Notes: generated from the sequence alone by a model not told the origin. 64,000 nucleotides of DNA from Neocallimastix sp. 'constans' (GCA_050613775.1 JBODTK010000100.1:248001-312000); one strand, 5' to 3'; counted from the stretch's first letter, positions 34,940 to 59,200 are shown. Translations and numbers: made by a program.

Positions 34940-36160
34940 AAAAAAGCAAAATAAAAATAAAAAATTGGGAAAATAAAAATAAAAATAAAGATTTATGAAG
35001 ACCTAATAATAATTAAATAAAATTTATCTTTTTATGTGTTTAATTACAAAAATACAAAATATTTATTTATTTTTTAAAAGGAATTTTTTAATAATTAATA
35101 ATATTGAAAGAAGGTTTATTCATTATTATTAATATAATGTATATTATTAATTAAAACGCTCATAAATAAATCTTATTAAATCTTTATTAGTTTTTAAATT
35201 TTAAGAAAAATTAAGATCAAATGATTTACTTTTAAAATATGGAATTATATAATACAAAATCAATTACTACTATAATTTCATTTCTTTTTATTATTATTAT
35301 TATTATGTAATATAAGATAAAAAAAAAAAAACATTAATAAACTTTTTATTATTATTTTTATTATTAAAATAGTATAATTAATAATTAATAACTAATAAAA
35401 TTTTTTTATAATTTTTATTTTATATTATAAACAGAAAAATTTTCTTTATAGTTTTTTTTTTGTTCAAAGTTACTTAACCATGCTTGTCATATTAATTATT
35501 CTATTTATTACAATAATCTATTAAAGTTAAACTAGATAAAAAAAAAATGGTTTATTTTTTAATTTATAGTTTTATATACTATATATCTTAATATGTAGTA
35601 TGGATTCAAATAATTCAAAAAAAAAAAAAAAAAAAAAAAAAAGAATAATTAATATAAATAATAATAATATAGATGTATTTGTTTTAAATTTATTTATAAT
35701 TTTAAATATTTATTTTATTTTTTTTTTTTTTTTGTTTTAATTTTGGATATATATATTTTTAATATTTACTAATGTTTTTTTTTTTAAATAAATGTTTATA
35801 TGGATGCTTTTATTTTATTTTATTTAATTTAATTTTTAAAAATAATTAAAATTTTAATTTTTTATATCAACTGATATTATTATAATTATAATTATTTATT
35901 TACTATTTAGTTTCTTTTTAATAAAGGTATTTTTTTTTTTATAATACTATATTTCATTCTCTTTTATTTATAATTTTGAAAATTTTAATAATTATTTAAA
36001 TATAATATTATGATTTTACAAGTTTAAAAATATTTATTTATGATTAAAAAAAAAAAAATGTAGGATTTAGTATTATATACTAAAATAAATTATATTATAT
36101 ATAGTACACAAAATTTGAATTTTTCTTTTTTTTTTTTTTCTTTTTTTTTTTTTGTAGTGC

Positions 36161-36978
<818 letters not shown>

Positions 36979-37038
36979 AGATGACATTATATTTTTATTA
37001 TGACGATTCTATAGTATATATACAAAATTTTAAGTTCC

Positions 37039-37084
<46 letters not shown>

Positions 37085-38696
37085 GAATAAATATATATTT
37101 TATTTTAAACAATTTAGCTATGTATGGATTTATAATAAAATTTATTTTTTTAAAATTTATAAATAATATATATATATCATATAAAAACTATGTCCAAAAT
37201 ATCAAAATTATAAAGTTTTTGTATTTTTTTTTGTATTTTTTTTTTTGTATTTTTTTTTGTACTTTTTTTTTTTTTTTCATTATTTACTTATTTTTATGAA
37301 TCTTTATATTAATTTTTCTCATTAATTTGATATATATATTTTTTGCTTTTTCTTTGTAATAATTATTTAAAATTAAAATATTATAATTATTATATATTAT
37401 AATATAATTTTTAATAATTATAAAAAAATAATTTAAATTAAAATTAATCACTTCAAAATAAAGTTTATAAGAGATAATGTCTTCTTTAATACTTATATAT
37501 ATATATATATATATTATATATATTATATAAATGTTCATTTTATAAAATACTGAATTTATGTAACTAATTTAAAATTTCGATAATAATATTTATTATCAAC
37601 TTTATTCCTCAACTTTAAAATGAAAATTTAATGGAAATGTCATCAACATTTTAAATTTAACTTTTTTTTTTTTTTTTAAATAATGAAATATTTTCATTAT
37701 TAATTTCATTAATACTTCAATTTATCTCTATTAGTTTTTTAATATCATAATTATTCAATATATATATTAAAAGTACAATAAATCAATTTAATTAATGATT
37801 TTGATTTCGTTCATTCTCTTCGCTTTGAAAACTATCATTTATTGTTTAAATGGCTTTTTTCATAAGTATATCGTTTATATATTCTTAAATTAAAAAATAA
37901 TTAATTATTTATACCTTTAAGAAAAAAGTATTAATAGATTTTAATAAAATTAAATATTGAAAATTTTACTTTTTAAATTAATATAAATATAAGTAAAATA
38001 AATAAATAAATAAAAATTTTCAATTTTATTTATATTATTATCTTTTAAATTTATTTTATTTATTTATTAGTAAATAAATCAAAACAAAAAAAAAGGTGGA
38101 ATAGTGAATTTTAACAATTATATTAATATATTAATATAATATATTATTAAATATATTATTAAATATATTAAAGCTAATTTTAATATATATGTATTTTTAA
38201 TTCAATATTTTTAATTAAAAATATTTACTAATCCATATTTAAATTTAATATTATCAAATATATATGTTTATTAATAATTGTTAACTTTTATTTTTATTTT
38301 TAAAAAACTAGATTGTTTTATAAAAACATAATTTTAAATAAAAGTAATTAAGTGTTTTATAAATATTTTATTTTATTAATTTATATTTATTTATATTTAT
38401 AGATTATTCTTTATGTTATTTATTATGTGTGGTTATATTTGAGTGTTTTATTAACTTTATCTTTTAAATTATGATTTTTATAAAAATATAATAAATATAA
38501 AAATCAGTATGTAAATAATTAGTTTTATTTTATGTTGTATATATAAGAATATAATTATTAATTATATTATTATTTTTATTTTTTATTTTATTTTATTTTA
38601 TTTTTTATTAATTTATCTTTAATTTTTATTTTATTTTTGAAACCTATTTAATTGCTTCTTGGTATTGTTGATATTTTTTATTGTTATTATTATTTT

Positions 38697-43266
<4,570 letters not shown>

Positions 43267-43533
43267 TGATATGTATTTTTATTTTTTATTTTTTAAATTG
43301 ATATTTTTTTTTATTTTCCAATTGAAATAATAAATATTTATTTATTTTTGTATTTTAAATTGATTAAACGAAATAATAATATAATAATTTGTTAAGAATT
43401 TATTAATTTTCAAATAGAGATGATTTAAAATAATTTCTCTGATATTAGTTTAATATTTTACCATATTTTTTATTTTTATATTTTTTTATATAGATATGAT
43501 AATTAAAAATTTTCAATATTTAGAAAAAAAAAT

Positions 43534-43564
<31 letters not shown>

Positions 43565-43675
43565 AATATGATTTTAATTGTAATTTTCTTAAATATTTAT
43601 TTTCTTATTGCACTAAATATTAATGAAAGAAAGAGTTTTATGCTTTAAATATTAATATTATAATTAATATTTATC

Positions 43676-43722
<47 letters not shown>

Positions 43723-44984
43723 TTAATTATATTTAAAAATAATGTCATTATTCTTAAAATTAAAGAAAATTAAAAACTTTAATTATTATTGTTATAATAT
43801 ATATCATAAATATTTTTTCTAATAAATTTAAAAACGATAATCATGTATATATATTTCTAATTATTATTTACAATATATGAATATTAAGTAGTCACTATGG
43901 TATTAATAATTGAAATAAAAAATTATGAAATATTATTAATAAATAACCACTTTCGTCATTAAATGTATTTTTAAATACTTATAATATTTTTTTTCATTAT
44001 ACATTACAAATATTAATATATATATATCTTTTGTAAAAAATTACAATGTTGATTATTTAAAATAATTTAGTTATATAATAGTATTTGTTTCATATGTGGT
44101 ATGTTAAACCAAAAAAAAAAAAAAAAAAAAAAAAAGAAAAATAAAAAATAAAAAAAAATTAAATTACAAAGTCTAATTATTAATAATTTAGTAATTATAA
44201 TTTTAAATAATATTTAATTTATAATAAAAATATAAATAAAAAATAGTATATATAGTATATATACTTGTTGTACAATTGTCTAAATTATATTATAATATTG
44301 GATAAATTTTAATTTTGATTGAAAGTTCAAAAAGTTTTAAATATTCTATAAAATTTTGAAATTTAAATAACAAAATATTTACATAAATATATTTCATAAA
44401 GTTTTATAATATTTATATAGCTATAACTTAATGTCTTATATAATTTTTAAATCATGTATACTGAAAATTAAAAGTTAATTTAAAATTTTGTTTTACAACT
44501 AAAAAAAAAATAGTTAAATATTTTAAAATTAATATCTTTTTTCTCTAATATTTTATAGTAATCTTTTATAAATTTTAATTTCTTTTAATTTAATAAATTG
44601 AAATATATCACATGACTATATTTAAAGAAATTTTAATTATTATATTGATATTTTATTTACTTTCGAAATTAAAATCCTTTTAAAAATCATTAACTTTCAA
44701 GAAAATTTAATATTAAGCCTCAAATATAATAAATTTAATAAATTAAATAATATGTAATTCTAATTATAAATAAAATAAAAAATAAAATAAAATAAAATAA
44801 AATAAAAATAAAAATAAAAATATAAGAAGATTTTTATAAATATGGAAATTAATAATTTAATATCATTAAAAATTATACATTATAAATTGCTACTCCACCA
44901 CTATTTTCAATTCTTAAAAATTTACCAAAATATTTGATTTTAATTTGTTATATTTTATTAATAAAAGTTAAAAAATAAAAAAAA

Positions 44985-48046
<3,062 letters not shown>

Positions 48047-48379
48047 TTAATTTCTTATAACTTTTATATTTTTTCTAAAAAAAAAAACTTATTTAAATAT
48101 AAATAAAAATAAATATAAATAGATTTATGATATTTATGATATAGAGTTTAATAACAACAACAACAATAATAATAATATATATATATTTATAGCCGCAATT
48201 ATTGCAAACTTTAAACTTTATTTATTTATTCATTTATTAATTTCATGTATATTTTTTTAAAAAATACAAAATTAATAAAAAAATATTTTTTGTCCAAGTT
48301 AAACATAATAATTTTTTAAATAGTAATGTGAAACACAAGTAATATTTAAAATAAAGTGCATAAATAAATTCAGAAAACA

Positions 48380-48990
48380 AGTCTATATGCAAGGAACCCC
48401 ACTTTCAGATACAAAATTTCTGTTTAAAGGAATTCTTATTCAGGATTGAATTGACTATCTGAAAGAAATTATGGTCTTCTCCTTCAGAGGTATTAGCACT
48501 ACTAACCTGTCTTACTGCATTTCTAGTGTTGACGCTCCTGGTTAATTTTCGTTTATGCCGTCGCAATAGCAATCCTTGTCGAGTACTAGCCCTAGACATA
48601 ATTTATGTAAAGATAGCCGCAGATCCAACCAAGAATGACGTTTTTAGAATAATCACCAGAATTGGTTATTAAAAAAAACATCACATTCCTTTTTACATTC
48701 TAAATCAATAACGTCTGTATCTCTTCCACCAATAAGGAAGTTATATACTCAGTACCATGTCACATATATATTTACACACTCATTATTCAAAGAATTACTA
48801 ATATTAACACGATTTTCACCAATTGATCTATTCACTACATTATTAGTAACGATACTATTATTTTCAATATCATTAATATTAATATTAATATTTTCACTAT
48901 CAATACTATTTTCATTATTGATAACATTATTGATATTGTTAATATTAATTTTATACACTTCGTTACTACTATCAGAATCAGTACTTGATT
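48380..48990 (-). mobile_element. Probable 3'-terminal fragment of a LINE-like element
   Basis: GC-richer island between convergent genes with broken minus-strand frames, including VYNFLIGGRD (resembles the C-terminal LLGG motif of LINE ORF2). No intact ORF. Confidence 0.4.
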
Positions 48991-49252
48991 AAACATTTAT
49001 ATTACTAATTGATGTTGGACAATATTTGGTAATTACAAAAAAATTTTTCATAAAAAATTTCAATATTAAATTCGAAATTTACGAAATAAAAAATAGCATT
49101 TAGAAAACTAATGATCCGACCATAGATTATTATTTTCTCTATGATAATAAGGACAGCGTTCAGGACATTAAAAAAAAAATATGATAATGTATAAATTACT
49201 CCTAAAAAAAGTATAAATAACATTTATAATTTTTTTTTATTTCTTTTTTTAA

Positions 49253-49316
<64 letters not shown>

Positions 49317-49877
49317 TTATAATTTTCACATTAAAATCTATGAATAAAATTATAAAAATATTTAATTTTATATATACATTATATATATTAAATATAATAC
49401 ATATATAATATATATACAATTTTTTAGTTTTTTGTTTTTTGTTTTTTGTTTGTTTGTTTGTTTGTTGTTTTGTTTATACATATTTAATTATTATTATTAA
49501 ATATTATTATTTATTTACATTTATGATATATATTATTTTGTAATATTTTTAGAATAAATTTATTATTATTGTATTTATCATAAATTATTGTGTAACTTCA
49601 AAAAATAAATTTAATAACATATAATTATAATACAATTTGCAATTTATTTTTGTTTGAATATTAAATGCTTTAATATTTTTTTAATATTTTAATTCTAAAT
49701 TTTTAGTTTTATTTTTTATTTTTTGTTTTTTTGTTTTTTTGTTTTTTTGTTTTCAATGTTTGGCTTTTATATTAAAAATATAAGAATAAATAATTATGAT
49801 AATACAATTATAATATTTATCTATTCTCTTTTGCCTTTATATACATATGCTTGTTTTTTTATTTGTTTGTTTTACTG

Positions 49878-49910
<33 letters not shown>

Positions 49911-50212
49911 AATTTTCTTTATTATTAATCTATTATATTTTCTTAATCATTGAAAAGAAAATAATAATTAAGAAAAACGTATTAATAATAAAAACTTATA
50001 TTGTATTGATTTTATTATTATTAATTCATATCAATTTTGTATTTTATATTACTTTCTTTTTTTTTTGAACTAAAACAATTCGATTATCAAAACTTAAATA
50101 AAATAAAATAAAATATAATAAAGTTATTTTAAGTATAACTCTTTTTTTCCATTTTTATATTATTTTATTTCATTTTTTATCTTTTTTTTTTTTTTTTTTT
50201 TTTTTTAATAAA

Positions 50213-52392
50213 TTACTTCTTAGTTGTAGCCAATGATGAATTTCTTACCGGATGACTAGTTTCAACCATTATTATTTTTGGCGTCTTTTTTGGAATATTA
50301 ATCTTTATTTTTATATCTTTTAAATTTTTAACATTAAGTTTCGATTTTTTATTTTCATCTTTATCTTTTTCATCATTTTTATCTTTAGATAAATTTACCA
50401 TAATTGCATTATTAAAGTAAGTGCCTTGTTCAACATTAACTTTTTCCTTTGAATAATTTATTCTCTCATTCTTAAGAGATTGTTTATATCTTTCGTTAAT
50501 ACTATCAGAAGTTTTAATAGTAGTAGCATTAGCTAATGGAGATGGTCTTTTAGAAATATATTGATTACTATAATTATTATCCATTAATGGATTAGAAGTA
50601 TCCTTAACAGTGCTAGCATTTGAAAATGGAGACTTTTTTAAATCAGCAACATCTGCTTTTGGTGATTTTTTACCAGATCTTAAAAATTCTGGATTGCTTC
50701 CAGAAGATGAGTTCTTTCTATGACGACTTTTTGAATTATAATATTCATCATCATCATGTTTTAAATTATGATTTTCCTTATCACGTCTTGAACTATGATA
50801 TTCTTTATCACGTCTTGAACTATAATATTCTTTATCACTATAATATTCTCTATCACGTCTTGAACTATAATAGTCTTTATCACTATAATAGTCTTTATCA
50901 CGTCTTGATCTTGAACTATGATTTTCATCATCATGTCTTGATCTTGAACTATTATTTTCATCATCATGTCTTGATCTTGAACTATTATTTTCATCATCAT
51001 GTCTTGATCTTGAACTATGATTTTCATCATCATGTCTTGATCTATGATAGTTTTTATTACGTCTTGAACTATGATATTCCTTATCACGTCTTGAACTATA
51101 ATATTCTTTATCACTATAATATTCTTTGTCACGCCTTGAACTATGATATTCTTTGTCACGCCTTGAACTATGATATTCTTTATCACGTCTTGAACTATAA
51201 TATTCATCATCATGTCTTGAATGACTAGAGGATGAATTCTTTCTGTGATTGTTTTGAAGACTATCAGAATCACAATCATATCTAGGATTACTTCCAGAAG
51301 AACTATTTTTTCTATGACTGTATTTAAGTGGAAATTTATCTAAAGGCTTTATTACAGGCTTATCCTTAGGATCATCCACAGTATTATCCTGATATAAGGA
51401 AGAATTGTGATCTCTTGATCCTGGTTTAGTAGCAGAAGTTTTAGATTTTCCAAGTTGTTCATTTCCAAATTTATTATTAAGTGGACTTAAATCATCATTA
51501 TCACTATAGTTATTTTTATAATTATCATTGTTGTAATTGTTAGTTTTACTTCTATTCATTGGTAAAGTTTCAAAATTAGAATAATTCTGGTAATATTCTT
51601 CATTATTATGGATTTGCTTAGTGGAATCACTATGAGCTCGATAGTGATGAGCCGCAGGTCTACCGACATTAGGATGATTTACAACATCTTCAAATTCTTC
51701 ATAAGTATAAATAGAATTACCAGCTGTTTTTGGAAGTTCTGATGGATTTAAACTATTATCATTATAATTTGTTTGATAAGTATCAATGGAATTACCTGCT
51801 GTTTTTGGTAAATCCGAAGAAGAAAAAGTATTTAAATAATTCATTTGATTATTCTTATTATCATTACTACTTGGTGATGCAAAAGTCTTTGAATATTTAA
51901 TTTGATTATCATCATTGCTATTATTATTATTATAATCACTTGGTGAATAGCTTGGTGAATAATTAATATTAATTTGAGGTTCAATAACATTACCAGCAGA
52001 TTGAAATAGTTCGACATTTGAACTATGATCATCACGTCCTAATGTAATATTCAAATATTCTGGAATATTATTATCATTTTGTTTATTTCTTGAGATTCTG
52101 TTAATAGTTTGTGTACCATTAGTAAATGGACTATTTTGATAATTAGTATGAGAATAGGATAATGGATTATTAATATAGTTTGGTTGAAGATTTGTTTTTG
52201 AATAATTTATAACATTATTATTATTAATTTCATAACCGTTATCTTCAGTGACGATAAATTTATCTGGTTCTGTTGCTTCCTCTATAAAATAAAATTTAAA
52301 AAAAAAAAAAAAAAAAATTGAAATTAGTTATACAAATAAAGTATATATATATAATTTAATATTATCAAGATGTGTTTTTAATAATAATATTA

Positions 52393-52461
<69 letters not shown>

Positions 52462-52723
52462 TATAATATATTTATTGTTTTAAGACTAATTCTATAATGA
52501 TACACTATTTCTTTATATCAGAATATAAATAACTTTTGAACATAATTACTTTTACTCTTTTCATCCTTTGTGAACAATGTTTTGATAATCTTTTCTGATC
52601 CACTAATAATATCTTGCTTTTTAGTCATTTTTACGGCCTTATTGAATATACCTTTTTGTAATTTTAATAATTACATAAAAATATATAAGAAATATTAATT
52701 TTTATTAATCGCAATTTTAATAA

Positions 52724-52756
<33 letters not shown>

Positions 52757-53826
52757 ATAATAATAATAATAATAATTATTTATTTAATTACAAATATATA
52801 AATTTTAATATAATTAATTAATTACTTTTCATATTCATTGATTTTCCTTCTTTCATGTTTTCTTTTGACATCTTTTTAGAGAATTTTGGGATTGGTTTAT
52901 ATGGAATAAATTCTCCTTCAAATTGTGGATTTAAAAAAGGATGCTCTAAAGCAGTTTGAATACCCATTCTATCATTTGGTTCTAGAACTAATATACAATT
53001 AATAAAATCAATTGCTATTATATTTTTTATATTAATATTAAAGTACAAAACAATTAATATGCATATATTACTTAATATATATATTTATTATTTTCAAATT
53101 TATTATTTAAATTGATTATATACCTTTTATGGATAATCTGCTATCATCAGTACATAAATAAGAAACATTATTATTTAAAATAGCCTTTAATTGCTTACTA
53201 TGGTTTTCACCCTCAGTAATATATGGAAAATAACCAGTTAAAAGACGATAAGCAATAACACCAAATGCCCATATATCAACAGCCTTACCATATTTCTTCT
53301 TTTTGAGTATTTCTGGAGCCATATAATGTAATGTTCCAACAATTCCAGAAATATGATAATCATCATTTCTTTCTACAGTTTCTCCAAAATCTATAATTTT
53401 TATTGAAGTGAGGTCATCTTTTGAAGATAATAAGATATTAGATAACTTTAAATCACGGTGAATAAAATTATTTTTATGCATAACTTGTAGTGCAGTTAAA
53501 ATTTCTCTTAAAATAGGTATAGCTTGTTCTTCTGATATATGACCTCTTTCATTTATAATATCTTCTAATGAACATTCTGCTTTTTCCATTGCAATCATAT
53601 ACTGATCTTCATTATTATCTTCCATATAATCATACATTTCTAAGAAATGTTTTGGATCTTCATTATGTAAATATTTCATAGTGTACGCTTCTCTAGAAAC
53701 TACATAATCATCAAAAGTTGACATTGGAAAATATTTTAGAACAACTTTTTCTTGTGTCATTTGGTTAAGAGCAAACCAAATATTTTCTTTTCCATGACAA
53801 CGTTTTTCTGGCCAATATTTTTGCAT
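50213..53826 (-). CDS. CAMK-like Ser/Thr protein kinase with long low-complexity, tandem-repeat C-terminus; 4 exons
   Basis: VVLK, HRDLKLSNILL, IKIIDFG, GTLHYMAPE, DIWAFGVIAY, then LEPNDRM..ALEHPFL in exon 2. Phase-1 introns join exons at ~53015-52825 and ~52651-52550 to the terminal exon ~52282-50213, in frame with the 613-aa ORF. Confidence 0.9.
50745..51222 (-). repeat. Coding minisatellite of 27-, 33- and 18-nt units (SSRRDKEY[Y/H]; SSRSRHDDEN[H/N]; SDKEYY)
   Basis: TCACGTCTTGAACTAT and TCATCATCATGTCTTGATCTTGAAC units recur on the plus strand. Confidence 0.95.
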
Positions 53827-55870
53827 TTTTACAGTTATTAATTATTTATAAAATATTATATTTAAAACGAAATATATAATTTTACAAAAAAAATAAAAAT
53901 AAAAATAAAAAATAAAATAAAGAAAAAAAATATTTGAGATTCCCGTAATTTTAAGTAAAGAATATACTATTATAATATATAAATATTCTTTTTAATTATT
54001 AAGTTTCTTAATGTGATATTTGATTTATATTATTAAACAATCTCTATTTCTTTTAATAGAATTAAAATAAATAAATTATTTAAAATATTAAATATATGTT
54101 ATAATATTGGAATATGTATTTTTAAAAGGAATTATTGTTAATTAAATATTGCGTGAAAATCTTATGTATTTAAATTGATAATTTAAGTACATAAAATATA
54201 TTAATAATAATAAATTAAATTTTGAATCTTCTTCAGAATATTTTTATTTTTTTACTGCGCTGATAAATAAAGTGTGATTTAATGACTATTAAATGATTGA
54301 TTGATTGTTTGTTTTTTTGTTTGTTTGTATGTTTGTTTATAATAATTTATTATTTGTTTTTTTTATTCAAAAAAAAAAAAAAAAAAAAAAAAAAGCAAAA
54401 ATAAATTATTATTATTAATTTATAGTTTATTGACTTTATTTATAAATTCTTTGCTTATTAACGATTTCTATTTATTCTAATTATTTTCTTTTTCAAAATA
54501 TTTTAAGATTTTAACATTGAATTTAAAAAAAATAAAAGGTTCTAATTTATTTCTTTTTCAGTAAAAATCTTTATTTTGACCTTAATATTTAATATTTATA
54601 TAAAGTATAAAATTTAAAGTTTATTATAAAAGATATTTCTTTATAATTGGAACAATTATTTATATATATATATTAAAATATACTTATATATATTATTTAA
54701 ATTTTTAAGGATTAATTGAAATATATTTTGTAATATATTAATTGTTGCACAGTTCTTTAATATATAAAAAAGCATATATTTATTTATTTTTATATTTATT
54801 TATAATTTACTTTTAAATTTATTCATTTATTTATTCATTTATTCTGTATATTATAATTAAGAACTATTTTTCATATATAACTTTTTCAAAAGATTTTTAT
54901 TTTTTAATATAAAAAAGAATATATATATTTTAAATTTTAACTTTTAATATAAACATAATATATGTAATAATTTAATTCAATTGAAAGTAATATATTAGAA
55001 ATATTCACTATAGAATATATTGATATGTATAGAAATAATATATATCTATAAACATTGGAACAATAAATTTATAATTATTATTGATTAATTATAATAAATT
55101 ATTATAATTTAATAATATTTAATTATTGAATTTTCTTTTTTTTTTTTTACTAAATAAGGAAGTTAATCAACATGTCATATCATTTTATATTTAATAAATT
55201 GGAAAATTTTCATCACAAATTTCTTGGACCTTTTATTTGAATTATAATTTAAAAAAAAATGTTCACTTTATATATTTTATGTAAATATTATTTAGTTATA
55301 TTTGAATTCACAATAATTAATAATTAATTATTGTATTTCTTATACTTTCCATGTTTTACTTTAGCTTTCTTCTTTCTTAATAAAGAAATAGTATTCATAC
55401 TATATTATACTATAAAATGAAAATACTTAAAGTACTTATTATTCATAATATCATTATTTTTACAAGAAAAATATTATTAATTGAAACACTTTTATATTTA
55501 ATGTAAATATTAATAACATTATAAATACTTTATTTAGTTATAACTTATGAAGAGGATATATATATTATATCAATAATTAAAATTAATAATTGATGACCCA
55601 TTTTAAATTATTGATTCTTCTACTAATATTATATATATATATATATATTAATACTACAATACTGACAATTTTATTTAATTATAATTAATGTAATAATAAA
55701 AAAAAATTTTTTTTATTCATACCAAGATACAAATTATTAGAATATGCTTTGTAAATTCTTCCAATTAAAAAAAAAGCACGTTATTGATGATATTATTAAT
55801 ATACTCTCTTTTTAATTCTACAACTTTCATACCAATACTTTTTTAAATGAATATAATGTATCAATGATAT

Positions 55871-55907
<37 letters not shown>

Positions 55908-56217
55908 AAATGTTGTAATGTTGTAATATCTATTACTGATTTGATATTTGTAGAAATTCCTTTATTTATTTATTTATTTATTTATTAATTAATTTATTAA
56001 TTCATTCATTCATTTATTCATTTATTTCAATACTATACTTCCATTTAATATAAAGGATTTAAACCATTATTTTTAGCCAATATATCTTATATAATGAATG
56101 GCTAATTAAATTTTAATAAATAATTTCAGTTTTTATATTGCTATTAAAATTTTTATAGTTCGAATATTCTAATTTTGATACTATAATCAACACAATTATA
56201 TTATGATTCTAATTATA

Positions 56218-56255
<38 letters not shown>

Positions 56256-59200
56256 ATAGAATATATGAAATATATAAAAAATAAACTCATGTGTATTAAA
56301 AATGTAAATAATATACAAGCCACAACGAAATAGCATAAAAACATTTAATTCAGAATAATTTAGTGCTAGTAATCATAAATATTAATAAACGTTGACATAA
56401 TTATAAATCAATAACACCTGCCACCCCATGAATATACAAAACACAATTTATTAATATACATCACTTTCATAGATTTAAGCAATCATATATTAAGGAATGT
56501 TTTTTGTTATACCACAAAGCTTACTATATAAAGTACAGTTATTTTAACTTATATTTATATAAACTCATATATATATATATTAACATAATAGAGGAGACTG
56601 TCATAGATTGCATGCAAAATAATTTATAATATTATACCCCAAATATTCAAGGGAATATAATAGAATGGTAATTCCTAACGTGAAGTGAGTGTACTCTAAC
56701 AGTAATAATATTATTAACCTTGAGTGAAATGGTTTTAGATAATATCTAATTTAATATGATAGATGACGTTTATCCAACCTGGTGAAATGTAACATAAGAA
56801 TAATACGCCACTTGGCGAACTCCCATTTTAATTTTTTTTTTTTTTTTTTTTTTGTTAAAAAAATAATAAAATAATATTTAATAATATTTATTTCTAAGAT
56901 ATATTTTAATACTTTTTGTTTTAATAAATAATTAATAATATTTAATTTTAACAATATTTATATTTTTTATTTATAATAATTGATTCTTTTTCTTCTGTTT
57001 TACTTTTTTCAATTTTTTGGATTTTTTTCCATTTTTTAATGATTAAGAATAAAATATATTTAATTTTTTATAATTTATTATTTAATTATACATTTTTTAT
57101 TATTTATTTTACTAGGTGTTTATTTATTTAATTATTTTTTTTTTTAAAGTAACAATTATTAATAAAATGTTTTTCAGAAAATATTTTTGATGTTTAAAAA
57201 AAAAAAAAATTAACCCAATTAATTTCTAGTTTCATTTATTTACTTATTTATATGCAATAGTTTAAAAAAAACTAAAAATGTAGTGCGTTAAATAATAAAT
57301 TAATTTTTTATATAAAAGTCACGTTTCGAAATGCAACACGTTCAAAATTAACTAATAGTTTAATAATATTTAAATAAAAAATTATAAAATAGGATGACTA
57401 GTTTTAACAAATTTTTAAGAGTTTTTAGGAATATTTAAAATTAAATTTTTAAAAGATAATATTTTAAAATAAATTTATTAATAAAAAACATCCAATTTTT
57501 AAATAATGATATATGTATTTCAAGAATCAATGTAAGACATTAATTAAGATTAAATTTTATATAAACAATTCATATTTATATCATATTATTCTCTTTCAAG
57601 ACAATGATCTGGAGATGAAATAAAATTATTTATACAATAATTATTTTCATTAATTATTGTATTAATGATTTGATTATTTTTTTAAAAAAAATAATTTGTA
57701 ATTACTATTTAAGAGAATGATATAACTAATATAATTTATAATCAAAGAAAGTGCAGATATTAGTGTCAACTTATTTGTTTAAAAAGTATTTTATTTTTTT
57801 ATTTATTATATATATATTTAAAAACAAAAAAAAAAAAAAATTTAAAAATATCAAAAGAAAAATAAGATTTAAATATAAAATTTAAGAATGATTTGAAGAA
57901 AATTAAAAATAATTAAAATAGTTATTAAATTTTGTAATAAATGAAATGAATTAATGGATATATAAATAATTAAATTATAGAATAGAGTTTAAGAGAATTT
58001 TACTAATAAAGAGGAAATATTTAATTCAATATAGCCAGTCGATTCTGTAGGTACTTTTGCTATAGAATTTGATATGAAATTTATTATAAAAACTATGCAA
58101 TGTCTAATTAACAACAATTCAGTTTATCGTTTCATAATTATCTTATAATATTACCTGGTAAGTAATTAAAGTTCAAAAAATTTTATATTTTTGTAATATA
58201 TTGCTAAGCTTATTAATTTTAATATTTTAAAATATTTTTTTTAATAATTATTTTTTAGTATTATTGTTTTAATTAATTTTTTGTAATTTTATAAATATTA
58301 ATATTTTTTAAAAAAAGTATTATTTACCATACGAAATAATTATTATATTTATAATATTATATTTTTAATATATATATATTTTTATAAAAGCTAGATCTAC
58401 TGTAGCACTAAATTGATGTAGCTAATAAGGAATCAGTATTCTTCGGAAAACCTACAATAATATTATGAATTTCTAAGTAATTTTAGTTTTTTAATTATTA
58501 TTTTTTTATAAATTAAAAAATCTAATAAATATTAAATTAATTTTATTTTATTTAATTAATAATTAGTATAATAATTTTTTTATTTTATTATTTTATTATT
58601 TTATTATTTTCTTTAAAAAAAAAAAAATAAGGTTTAATTTAGATTCGAAAGGAATATGTATGGTTGGTTGGTGATAAATAATATATTATAAATTAAAATA
58701 AATATTAATTTATATAATTTTAAAAATACATAGATAAAATGGAAATAATTAAAATAAAATTTTTTAATTATTTAAAATTAAATATTGATATGATTTTTGG
58801 AAAATAAGACTTATTTCAACTTCTAGGTATGAACTATAAAAACTCAATAAACTTGAAATGAAATAAGATAAAAATATAAAAAATAAAAAAATAAAAAAAT
58901 AAGAGATTAATAATATTTATTTTATTAATAATATTGTTTTAATTTTTTAATACTTATAAAATAGGTGTAACCACACAAGGTGTTTCATTAAATTCAAATG
59001 TTATTATATCAGACTAAATTGATGGATTAAATTCATTTAACTAAATATAATATTTATATTATATATACATTTAAGGCAATACTTCATTTTTATGATATTA
59101 TAACCATATTTAAATAAAATTATAAGATTAAATCTTAATCTTGAATTTTGATAAAATGATTTTGTTTTATTAGATACTATTATATATAAAGAGAGCAAAA

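Noticed and set aside
50620..51279. His-rich antisense ORF and alternative-frame ORF; CRISPR-like appearance of the repeats
   Set aside because: By-products of an in-frame coding minisatellite; there are no unique spacers or cas genes.
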